The notes beneath the pieces were generated by a model, which saw only the letters and a program-made list of their open reading frames with translations, was not told where the DNA came from and did not search any database. A stretch of 64,000 nt of DNA from an uncultured Chloroflexia bacterium (GTDB taxonomy: Bacteria > Chloroflexota > Dehalococcoidia > UBA2979), in contig CAVSIV010000006.1 in the NCBI GenBank assembly GCA_963728205.1, forward strand, positions 1,152,001-1,216,000, written 5' to 3'. Shown here in pieces: positions 43,031 to 51,279 of this stretch. Each line of letters opens with the position of its first letter. Within the stretch, counting starts at the first letter, position 1. A program made the translations under genes and the position numbers.

Positions 43031-44446
43031 ATGGCATCCCTCTCGATCCGCGAGCGCGGTGCGCTGCTCGCCGGCCGCGCGGCCGGCGCGGCGACGCGCG
43101 CGTTCCACCGCGGCGGTGGGACGGCGCTGCCGGGGCTCGTCGCGGGCCGGCTGGCGCCGCACCTGGTGGAGGCGCTCGCCGACGGGCTCGGGCGCGGCAC
43201 GGTCACGGTCACAGGCACGAACGGCAAGACGACGACCGCGCACCTCCTGGGCGCGATCGCGCACGCCGGCGGGTGGGACGTCGTGGCGAATCGCTCGGGG
43301 TCGAACCTCGAGCGGGGCCTGCTCACGACCTTCGTCGACGCGACGGCGCGCGACCGTCCAGCCGTCGGCGACGACCTGCGGCTCGGGATCTTCGAGGTCG
43401 ACGAAGCAGCACTGCCGCGCCTCTTCCCGCGGCTGCGCCCGCGCGTTGCGGTGTTCCTCAACCTCTTCCGCGACCAGCTCGATCGCTATGGCGAGGTGGA
43501 CTCGGTCGCCGAGGGCTGGCGTGCGATGCTCGATGCGCCGTCGGGGGCGGGGAGCGCCGCGCCGGTGCTCGTGCTCAACGCCGACGACCCGTCGGTCGCC
43601 CTGCTGGCGGAGGGGGCGCGCGGGCCGGTGGTCACGTTCGGCGTCGACGATCCGCGGGTCGCGCTGCCGGGCCGCGAGCACGCGTCCGACGCGCGCTTCT
43701 GCCTCTGCGGTGCACGCTTCGCGTATACGGCAGTGCACATGGGGCACGTCGGCCACTGGCGGTGCCCGGCGTGCGGCCGTGCGCGCCCCGAGCCGGCCGT
43801 GCGCGCGCGTCGCGTCGAGCTGGCGGCGGAGCAGGCCACGGTCGAGCTCGACATCGCCGGCGAGGCCGCGACGCTCGTTCTGCCGCTCTCCGGCCTCTAC
43901 TCCGTCTACAACGCGCTGGCCGCCGCGGCCGCCGGGCACGCGCTCGGGCTCCCGGCCACGACGATCGTCGCCGCGCTCGCCGGAGCCGGCCCGGCGTTCG
44001 GCCGCCAGGAGCGATTCGACGTCGACGGACGCGCGGTCCGGGTCCTGCTCGCGAAGAACCCGACCGGGCTGAACGAGGTCATTCGCGCGCTGCGCGCCGG
44101 CGGCCCGCCGCTGCACCTGCTCGCGCTGCTCAACGACGGCATCCAGGACGGCCGCGACGTCTCGTGGATCTATGACGCCGACGTCGAGCGGCTGGCCGCG
44201 CTCGCGCCCGATCTCGTCTGCGGCGGCGATCGCGCGGCCGACCTCGCCCTGCGCTGCGCGCTCGCCGGCGTCGAGCCGCGCGCGGTGGAGACCGACGTGG
44301 AGCGCGCGCTCGATGTCGCGCTCGCGGGTACGCCGCGCGGCGCGCGGCTCGAGGTGGTGCCCACCTACACCGCGATGCTGCGCGTGCGCGAGGCGCTGGC
44401 GCGCCGCGCCGGCGTGCGACCCTACTGGGAGCAGGAGGCGCGATGA
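43031..44446 (+). CDS. murT: Lipid II isoglutaminyl synthase subunit MurT (Mur ligase + DUF1727)
   Basis: GGTALPG, GTNGKTTT, EVDEA, NLFRDQLDRYGE, Cys finger, KNP.G, DGRDVSWIYD, TYTAML. Confidence 0.88.
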   Translation: MASLSIRERGALLAGRAAGAATRAFHRGGGTALPGLVAGRLAPHLVEALADGLGRGTVTVTGTNGKTTTAHLLGAIAHAGGWDVVANRSGSNLERGLLTTFVDATARDRPAVGDDLRLGIFEVDEAALPRLFPRLRPRVAVFLNLFRDQLDRYGEVDSVAEGWRAMLDAPSGAGSAAPVLVLNADDPSVALLAEGARGPVVTFGVDDPRVALPGREHASDARFCLCGARFAYTAVHMGHVGHWRCPACGRARPEPAVRARRVELAAEQATVELDIAGEAATLVLPLSGLYSVYNALAAAAAGHALGLPATTIVAALAGAGPAFGRQERFDVDGRAVRVLLAKNPTGLNEVIRALRAGGPPLHLLALLNDGIQDGRDVSWIYDADVERLAALAPDLVCGGDRAADLALRCALAGVEPRAVETDVERALDVALAGTPRGARLEVVPTYTAMLRVREALARRAGVRPYWEQEAR

Positions 44447-45228
44447 CAGCGCGACCGTCCATCCGTGTGGTTTCCCTCTACGACGACGTGATGAACGTCT
44501 ACGCCGATCGGGGCAACCTGATCGCGATAAACGCGCGCGGCCGCGAGCACGGCGTGGACGTGGAGGCTCTCGGCGTCAGCCTTGGCGATCCGTTGCCGGC
44601 GGACGCCGACCTCGTGCTGATCGGCGGCGGGCAGGATCGCGAGCAGGGTCGGATCGCCGACGAGCTTGCCGCGCGCGCCGAGCAGCTTCGCCGCTGGGCC
44701 GGTGAGGGCGTCGCGATGCTCGCCGTCTGCGGGGGCTTCCAGCTCTTCGGTCACTGGTATCGCGACACCGCGGGCGTGGTGCTGCCCGGCGCCGGCGTGT
44801 TCGACGTGACGACCGTCGCCCCCGGCCCCGGCTGGCCGCGCTGCATCGGCGACGTCGTTGCACGCGCGCTCGTGGACGGGGTGGGCGAGGTGGTCGGCTT
44901 CGAGAACCACGGCGGACGCACCTACCTCGGCCCGGGTGCGCGCCCGTTCGCGATGGTGGAGTACGGCTTCGGCAATAACGGCGAGGACGGCACCGAGGGG
45001 GCCGTGCGCGATCGCGCGATCGGCACCTACCTGCACGGTTCCCTGCTGCCGAAGAACCCGGCGCTGCTCGACCGACTGCTGGCGGGCGCGCTGAGCCACC
45101 GCTCGGGCCACGACGTCCAGCTCGCGGCGCTTCCCGCGCCCTACGCCGACCGCGCGCACGCAAGCGCGGCGGCGGTGGCCCGCCGCCGATCGCCGCGGTT
45201 CGAGCGCCTCACGCGCCCCGCAGTTTGA
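44443..45228 (+). CDS. gatD: Glutamine amidotransferase subunit GatD (CobB/CobQ-like)
   Basis: MNVYADRGN, GGGQDREQ, VCGGFQL, GFENHGGRT, TYLHGSLLPKNP; ATGA-coupled to murT. Confidence 0.88.
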   Translation: MTARPSIRVVSLYDDVMNVYADRGNLIAINARGREHGVDVEALGVSLGDPLPADADLVLIGGGQDREQGRIADELAARAEQLRRWAGEGVAMLAVCGGFQLFGHWYRDTAGVVLPGAGVFDVTTVAPGPGWPRCIGDVVARALVDGVGEVVGFENHGGRTYLGPGARPFAMVEYGFGNNGEDGTEGAVRDRAIGTYLHGSLLPKNPALLDRLLAGALSHRSGHDVQLAALPAPYADRAHASAAAVARRRSPRFERLTRPAV

Positions 45229-45290
45229 CCGCGCTTCGCGGCGCCGAGATGCTCTCCGCGGTGAGGACATTCCCTCTGGCGAGGCGACGC

Positions 45291-46127
45291 ATGCATGCGA
45301 GGTGGCGGCCGACCGCGCGGTGGGCGCTCGTTCTCGTGATCGGCGCGCTCGTGATCGGCCTCACCGGCTGCTTCGGCGGCAATGCGCCGCCCGTCCGTGT
45401 GATCGCGAACGGCACCGTGGTGACGTTGACGCCCGTCGGCGGATCGCCAGCACCGACCGGCACGTCCGCACCCGCCGGCGTCGCGCCGATTCCTTTCGCG
45501 CCGACCGCGCCCCCGTCGACGCTCGACCCAGCGCACCTGTCCGGCTTCGTGTTTCCGATCGACGGCGCATGTCTGCCGTCGCGCGATGTCGTCATGCCGA
45601 ACGCCCCGCGTGCCTGGCGTCACGGCATCAACGAAGGCGTCGACTTCTACAACGGCGACGTCTGCACACCGATCGATCGCGGCACCGCGGTGCGCGCGAT
45701 GTTCGGCGGGGTGGTGACCCGCGCGGACCTCCAGTACCGGGACCTGACGGCCGCGCAGGTTCAGGCGCTCTCCGCGGCGACGGCGAACGAGACCACGACC
45801 GATGCGCAGGCGCTGAACGCATACGGCGGCCGACAGGTCTGGATCGATCACGGCAACGGCGTCGTGACGCGCTACGAGAACCTGTCCGCGATCACCCGTG
45901 GCATCGACGTCGGCGCGGAAGTGGCGGCCGGCCAGACCATCGGCGCCGTCGGCGAATCGGGCACGCCGGAGTCCGTGACGGCGCCGGGCACGCAGATCCA
46001 CCTGCACGTCGAGGTCTGGACCGGGGACCATTTCCTCGGCCAGGGGCAGCCCGCGGATGCGGTGCGTCAGCTCTACGAACGGCTCTTCAGCGGAGCAGCG
46101 CCGACCCCGGCGACGCCCGCGCACTGA
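45291..46127 (+). CDS. M23-family lipoprotein with degenerate catalytic motifs
   Basis: Lipobox LTGC, GRQVWIDHGNG, GQTIGAVGESG, HLH retained; HxxxD reads NEGVD and YxH reads YEN. Confidence 0.78.
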   Translation: MHARWRPTARWALVLVIGALVIGLTGCFGGNAPPVRVIANGTVVTLTPVGGSPAPTGTSAPAGVAPIPFAPTAPPSTLDPAHLSGFVFPIDGACLPSRDVVMPNAPRAWRHGINEGVDFYNGDVCTPIDRGTAVRAMFGGVVTRADLQYRDLTAAQVQALSAATANETTTDAQALNAYGGRQVWIDHGNGVVTRYENLSAITRGIDVGAEVAAGQTIGAVGESGTPESVTAPGTQIHLHVEVWTGDHFLGQGQPADAVRQLYERLFSGAAPTPATPAH

Positions 46128-46236
46128 CACCGCCGCGAACGTCACGGCGCCTGCGGCGGCGCGCTGTTGTGCCGCCGGCCCCCGGGGTAGCATGGGCCGT
46201 CCCGGCCCCCCGTTCCAGCGGCGCAAAGGCGCGCGG

Positions 46237-47097
46237 ATGCAGCCCCTGCTCACGATCGTGATCCCCTGGAACCCGAACATCACGCACATCGGCGGGTTCC
46301 TCCTCACCTGGCACGGCTTCTTCACCGCCGTGGGCATCCTCGTCGGCGTCCAGCTCGCCCTGCGCATGGCGAACGTCGTCGACTACGACCCCGACGAGGC
46401 GTACACGCTGGCGCTCGTCGGCGTGCCCAGCGGCATCATCGGCGCGCGGGCCATGTTTGTGATCGAGCACTGGGACTTTTACCGGGCGAACCTGGGCCAG
46501 GTCATCGCGCTCACCGAGGGCGGCATCTCGATCTGGGGCGCGATCCTGGGCGGTCTCGCCGGCGCGCTCCTGTTCGCGTCGTGGCGCGGCTACCCGATCC
46601 TGCGCGGGCTCGACATCGGCGCCTTCGGGCTGGTGCTCGGCCAGGCAATCGGCCGAATCGGCGACCTCATCAACGGCGAGCATCTCGGCCGCGCGGCGAA
46701 CTTGCCGTGGGCCGTTGTGTACACGAACCCGCAGTCGCCGGCGTTCGCACACTCGCTCACCGTGGGGCCACAGCACCCGGCGACGACCTACGAGCTCATT
46801 GGCGACCTCGTGATCCTGGGCGTGATGTTCTGGCTGTTCTTTCACGCGTTCCGGCGGCGGCCCGGCATGACGTTCTTCGTCTACTTCGTGGGCTACGCGG
46901 TGATGCGCTTCGTCCTCACGTTCTACCGGGTGGACTCGGCGACCGTCGCCGGCACGGCGCTGCGCGTACCGCAGGTCGTGTCGCTGGTCGCGGTCGTGAT
47001 TGCCGTCCCGGCCGTCTGGCTCACCTGGCGCCGGCCGCCCGAGCCCGCCGCCGCCGACCGCCTCCCCCTCGGGCGTGTGCAGGTCCGGTCGTCGTGA
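46237..47097 (+). CDS. lgt: Prolipoprotein diacylglyceryl transferase
   Basis: IGAR, GGISIWG, GQAIGRIG...NGE, HP...YE. Confidence 0.9.
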   Translation: MQPLLTIVIPWNPNITHIGGFLLTWHGFFTAVGILVGVQLALRMANVVDYDPDEAYTLALVGVPSGIIGARAMFVIEHWDFYRANLGQVIALTEGGISIWGAILGGLAGALLFASWRGYPILRGLDIGAFGLVLGQAIGRIGDLINGEHLGRAANLPWAVVYTNPQSPAFAHSLTVGPQHPATTYELIGDLVILGVMFWLFFHAFRRRPGMTFFVYFVGYAVMRFVLTFYRVDSATVAGTALRVPQVVSLVAVVIAVPAVWLTWRRPPEPAAADRLPLGRVQVRSS

Positions 47098-47357
47098 TGC
47101 CCGGCGCCTCGCGCGTCGTGCTCTACGGACGCCCGGCGTGCCACCTCTGCGACGACGTCGAGCCGGCGATCCGCGCGATGGCGCGCGACGCGGGAGCGCG
47201 CTTCGAGCGGGTCGACATCGACGAGGACGACGATTCCGTGCGCCGCTACGGCCTCGAGATCCCGGTCGTGGCGATCGACGACGTGGACGTCGCTCGCGCG
47301 CCGATCGACCTGCGCGACGTACGCGCGGCGCTCCGCGGCCCCGCCCGCGACGCCTGA
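47097..47357 (+). CDS. Glutaredoxin-like protein (DUF836)
   Basis: LYGRPACHLCD, VDID, YGLEIPV; TGATG overlap with lgt. Confidence 0.85.
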   Translation: MPGASRVVLYGRPACHLCDDVEPAIRAMARDAGARFERVDIDEDDDSVRRYGLEIPVVAIDDVDVARAPIDLRDVRAALRGPARDA

Positions 47358-47391
47358 CCGGGGGCGGGGCGCACGCGATCGTGTCCGCTGA

Positions 47392-47420
47392 TTGACAGCA
47401 ACCGGGGCCGAATCTAGGTT
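47392..47420 (+). promoter_or_regulatory. Sigma70-type promoter of the riboswitch operon
   Basis: TTGACA (47392) - 17 nt - TAGGTT (47415). Confidence 0.75.
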
Positions 47421-47451
47421 CTGATCGACGTCCTTCCTCCGCGGAGGGACG

Positions 47452-47569
47452 GTTCATCAAGAGCGGTGGAGGGCTCGGCCCTGGGAAACCGCGGCAACCG
47501 GTCACCTTTCGCCGGGGTGAACACGGTGCCAACTCCGACCCTTCCCACAGGGGGAAGGGGCAGATGAAC
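47452..47569 (+). ncRNA. SAM-I (S-box) riboswitch
   Basis: P1 GTTCATC/GATGAAC; ATCAAGAG, GGAGGG...GGCCC, GGCAACC, GGTGCCAACTCC conserved blocks in the expected order. Confidence 0.93.
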
Positions 47570-47752
47570 GGAAGGCGCCACGCGCATGCATCGCACCCCT
47601 CCTCCGCTCACACCTCCTGCCACGCCGCGGCACGTGATGGCGATGCGCTAGCCCGAACACCGTCCTTCCCGCGAAGGACGCGTGTCTCGGGCGCCTCCCT
47701 CCGCTCCACCGCCCCGGGGGCCTCTGCCTCGGTCAGTCGAGGAATGACACCA

Positions 47753-49012
47753 ATGGCGTTCGATCGTGCCCTGCGCTGCAGGGAGTGCGGGCGTGAATAC
47801 CCGCTCAACCCCATCTTCTCGTGCGAGTTCTGCTTCGGCCCGCTCGAGGTCGCATACGACTACGACGGCATTCGCGAGTCGAGCACCCGCGACGCCATCG
47901 AGCGCGGCCCGAGCACGCTCTGGCGCTACGCCGACTTCCTCCCGTGCGACCCGAGCTACAAGATCGACATCGGGACCGGCTACACGCCGCTGCTCCGCGC
48001 CGACCGCCTCGCGAAGGCGATCGGGCTCGACACGCTGTGGCTGAAGAACGACACCGTGAACCCCTCGTGGTCGTTCAAGGACCGCGTCGTCAGTGTCGCG
48101 ATCGCGCGGGCGCGCCAGTTCGGCTTCGAGGCCATGGCGTGCGCCAGCACCGGCAATCTCGCGAACTCCGTCGCGGCCCACTCGGCCGCGGCCGGCATGG
48201 ACTGCTTCGTCTTCATCCCCAACGACCTGGAGCAGGGCAAGGTGGTCGGCAGCGCGATCTACCGGCCGACGCTGGTGATGGTCGAGGGCTCGTACGACGA
48301 CGTGAACCGGCTCTGCACCGAGCTGTCGATGCAGTACCCGTGGGCGTTCGTGAACATCAACGTGCGCCCCTACTACGCCGAGGGCTCCCGCACGCTGGGC
48401 TTCGAGGTCGCCGAGCAGCTCGGCTGGCGCACGCCGGATCACGTGGTCGCGCCGATGGCGTCGGGTTCGCTCTACACGAAGATCTGGAAGGGCTTCCAGG
48501 AGTTCCACAAGGTCGGGCTGATCGCCGAGCCGAAGACGCGCATGTCCGGTGCGCAGGCGACCGGCTGCTCGCCGATCGCGACCGCCTACGAGGGCGGCAC
48601 GCTGAACTTCGTCCCGCAGAAGCCGCACACGATCGCGCGCTCGCTGGCCATCGGGAACCCGGCCGACGGCTACTATGCCCTGAAGCAGATGCAGGAGACC
48701 GGCGGCGGTGCCGCGATGGCGACCGACGACGAGATCGTTGACGGCATCAAGCTGCTGGCGGAGACCGAGGGCGTCTTCGCCGAGACCGCGGGCGGCGTGA
48801 CGATCGCCTGCCTGAAGAAGCTCGTCGCGTCCGGCTTCATCCGGCGCGACGAGGAGACGGTCGCGTTCATCACGGGCGCCGGTCTGAAGACGATCGAGGC
48901 GGTGGTCGACCGCGTCGAGGAGCCGCTCCGGGTCCCGGCGAACACCGAGCGCTTCGCGGAGGCGCTCGCCGCCCGCCGCGGCGGCGCGCCCGTGGCCGCG
49001 ACGGCCGGATAG
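47753..49012 (+). CDS. Threonine-synthase-like PLP enzyme (probable O-phosphohomoserine sulfhydrylase)
   Basis: CRECG/CEFC finger, NPSWSFKDR, CASTGNLA, IGNPADG, ETAGG; SAM-I control and adjacent sulfur carrier. Confidence 0.85.
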   Translation: MAFDRALRCRECGREYPLNPIFSCEFCFGPLEVAYDYDGIRESSTRDAIERGPSTLWRYADFLPCDPSYKIDIGTGYTPLLRADRLAKAIGLDTLWLKNDTVNPSWSFKDRVVSVAIARARQFGFEAMACASTGNLANSVAAHSAAAGMDCFVFIPNDLEQGKVVGSAIYRPTLVMVEGSYDDVNRLCTELSMQYPWAFVNINVRPYYAEGSRTLGFEVAEQLGWRTPDHVVAPMASGSLYTKIWKGFQEFHKVGLIAEPKTRMSGAQATGCSPIATAYEGGTLNFVPQKPHTIARSLAIGNPADGYYALKQMQETGGGAAMATDDEIVDGIKLLAETEGVFAETAGGVTIACLKKLVASGFIRRDEETVAFITGAGLKTIEAVVDRVEEPLRVPANTERFAEALAARRGGAPVAATAG

Positions 49013-49022
49013 GAGGCGCGAG

Positions 49023-49268
49023 ATGGCAGCGAAGCACGTCCGGCTCACGTTCAGCCCGGAGCTGATCAAGGAGCCGCTGATCTACCAGGTGGGCCACCAG
49101 TTCGCGGTGGTGACGAACGTCCGCATGGCCGACGTCGACAAGGACGTCGGCTGGGTGGTGCTGGAGCTCGAGGGCGACGACGCCGAGATCGTGCGCGCGC
49201 TCGACTGGTTCCGCTCGAAGGGCGTGCGCATCGACGAGGCGACGCTCGGCGACGTGGTCGAGGGCTGA
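49023..49268 (+). CDS. Stand-alone NIL-domain protein
   Basis: RLTF....IKEPLIY...F.V..NV..A.V....GWVVLELEG pattern of NIL domains. Confidence 0.78.
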   Translation: MAAKHVRLTFSPELIKEPLIYQVGHQFAVVTNVRMADVDKDVGWVVLELEGDDAEIVRALDWFRSKGVRIDEATLGDVVEG

Positions 49269-49317
49269 GCCGCGCGCGGCGCGAAGACGAAGCACGGAAC
49301 GGACAACGGAGCAGACG

Positions 49318-49593
49318 ATGGCCGTCAAGGTAAAGATCCCCACCCCGCTGCGGTCGCTGACCAACAACCAGGACCTGGTCTCGACCGAGGGCTCCACTGT
49401 GAGCGACGTCGTGCAGGCGCTCGAGGGAAGCTTCCCCGGCATGCGCGAGCGCATCCTCGACGACGGCGGGGAGATTCGCCGCTTCGTGAACGTCTACGTG
49501 AACGGCGAGGACGTGCGGTTCCTGCAGGGGCTGCAGACGTCGCTCAACGCCGGCGACGAGATCTCGATCGTCCCGGCGGTCGCGGGAGGCTAA
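49318..49593 (+). CDS. MoaD/CysO-like ubiquitin-fold sulfur carrier 1 (free C-terminal GG)
   Basis: VKIPTPLR, RRFVNVYVNGEDVR, IVPAVAGG-stop. Confidence 0.92.
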   Translation: MAVKVKIPTPLRSLTNNQDLVSTEGSTVSDVVQALEGSFPGMRERILDDGGEIRRFVNVYVNGEDVRFLQGLQTSLNAGDEISIVPAVAGG

Positions 49594-49652
49594 TCTCCGC
49601 GACCGGTGCAGCTCGAACGGCGACCCTCGCCACGAGCCCCGCGCGCCTTGCG

Positions 49653-49680
49653 TGTTACAATCTCGACTAGATTAGTCGTG
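49653..49680 (+). promoter_or_regulatory. Extended -10 promoter with Rrf2-type operator palindrome
   Basis: TGtTACAAT (49653-49661) followed by CGACTA-gat-TAGTCG (49664-49678), resembling the IscR type-1 box core GACT-N5-AGTC. Confidence 0.7.
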
Positions 49681-49697
49681 AATAGGAACCGCACGGG

Positions 49698-50138
49698 ATG
49701 CTGCTCAGCACCAAGGGCGACTACGGCGTTCGCGCGCTGATCGATCTCGCGAAGCACGCGGGCGAGGGCCCCGTGCAGCGGTCGGACATCGCCCGACGCC
49801 GCCAGCTCCCCGAGTCGTACCTCGATCACCTCCTCGCACAGTTGCGCCGCGACGGCTTCATCCGCAGCACCCGCGGTCCCGGCGGCGGCCACGAGCTCGC
49901 GCGCCCGGCCGAGGAGATCACGCTCCTCGAGGTGCTCGAGTGCCTCGAGGGCTCGCTCGCGCCGATGAGCTGCGTCGACGAGGCGAACCGCGGCGGCGAG
50001 TCGCTCTGCGGCCAGTCCTGGGTGTGGGAAGAGATCTACGACGAGATGCGTCGCCGGCTCGCCGCGATCACCCTCGCGGACCTCGTCGAGCATGAGCGGC
50101 AGCACGAGCGCGAAGCGGTCATCAACTACAGCATCTGA
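49698..50138 (+). CDS. Rrf2-family regulator, CymR-like
   Basis: STKGDYGVRALIDLA, YL..L...L...G.I.STRGPGGG, ends INYSI; directly upstream of cysK. Confidence 0.88.
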   Translation: MLLSTKGDYGVRALIDLAKHAGEGPVQRSDIARRRQLPESYLDHLLAQLRRDGFIRSTRGPGGGHELARPAEEITLLEVLECLEGSLAPMSCVDEANRGGESLCGQSWVWEEIYDEMRRRLAAITLADLVEHERQHEREAVINYSI

Positions 50139-50190
50139 GCCGTCGCCGGCGCCCCGCGCCAGCCGACCGGAGAGCGAGACGCGTCCACCG

Positions 50191-51159
50191 ATGACGCCCG
50201 AAGCACAGGTCACCCCCGGGATCACCGGCTCCGCGGCCGCGGCCGCCGGGACCGTCATCGCGGACTCCGTGCTCGAGCTGATCGGGCACACGCCGCTCGT
50301 GCGGCTGCGCCGCGTCGTACCGGACGACGTCGCCGAGGTGCTCGGCAAGTACGAGATCTTCAATCCCGGTGGCTCGGTGAAGGACCGCATCGCGCTGGCG
50401 ATGGTCGAGGCGGCGGAGCGCACCGGCGCGCTCGCCCCCGGCGCCACGATCGTGGAGCCGACGTCCGGGAACACCGGCATCGGCCTCGCGATGGTGTGCG
50501 CGACCAAGGGCTACCACCTGGTGCTCACGATGCCCGAGGACATGAGCGTGGAGCGCCGCCGGCTGCTCGAGCGGCTCGGCGCGCAGCTCGTGCTGACGCC
50601 GGCCATCGAAGGCATGACCGGCGCGGTGCACCAGGCGATGGAGCTCGTGACGCAGCATGGCTACTTCATGCCGCAGCAGTTCGACAACCCGGCCAACCCG
50701 GGGATCCACCGCGCGACCACGGGGCCCGAGATCCTCGAGGCGACGGGCGGCGCGGTCGACGCGTTCGTCGCCGGGGTGGGCACGGGCGGCACGATCACCG
50801 GCGCGGGTGGCGCGCTACGCGCGGCGATCCCGGGCGTGCTGATCGTGGCGGTGGAGCCGGCGCGCGCGCCGGTGCTGCAGGGCGGCCGGGCCGGCCTGCA
50901 CGGCATCCAGGGGATCGGCGCGTCGTTCGTGCCGGGCGTCCTGGACCGCGAGATCTACGACGAGGTGATCGGTGTCCAGGACGAGGACGCGTACGCGATG
51001 ACGAAGCGGCTCGCCCGTGAAGAAGGCATGCTGGCCGGCGTCTCGTCCGGCGCCAACGTGTGGGCGTCCCTCCAGGTCGCCCGCCGGCTCGGCCCCGGCA
51101 AGCGGGTCGTGACCATGTTGCCCGATACCGGGGAGCGCTACCTGAGCGTGGCCCTGTAG
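50191..51159 (+). CDS. cysK: Cysteine synthase A (O-acetylserine sulfhydrylase)
   Basis: NPGGSVKDRIA, EPTSGNTG, QQFDNPANP, GTGGT, HGIQGIG, PDTGERYLS. Confidence 0.93.
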   Translation: MTPEAQVTPGITGSAAAAAGTVIADSVLELIGHTPLVRLRRVVPDDVAEVLGKYEIFNPGGSVKDRIALAMVEAAERTGALAPGATIVEPTSGNTGIGLAMVCATKGYHLVLTMPEDMSVERRRLLERLGAQLVLTPAIEGMTGAVHQAMELVTQHGYFMPQQFDNPANPGIHRATTGPEILEATGGAVDAFVAGVGTGGTITGAGGALRAAIPGVLIVAVEPARAPVLQGGRAGLHGIQGIGASFVPGVLDREIYDEVIGVQDEDAYAMTKRLAREEGMLAGVSSGANVWASLQVARRLGPGKRVVTMLPDTGERYLSVAL

Positions 51160-51279
51160 GCCGCGCGGCCCGCCCCGCGCGCACGCGGGGTCGGCTGCGC
51201 GCAGACTGTACGTACAGATCGTAAGCGCGATCCGCGGGATGCTCGCGGGCCGCGAGGCAAGGAACGAGAGGATCGCCCC

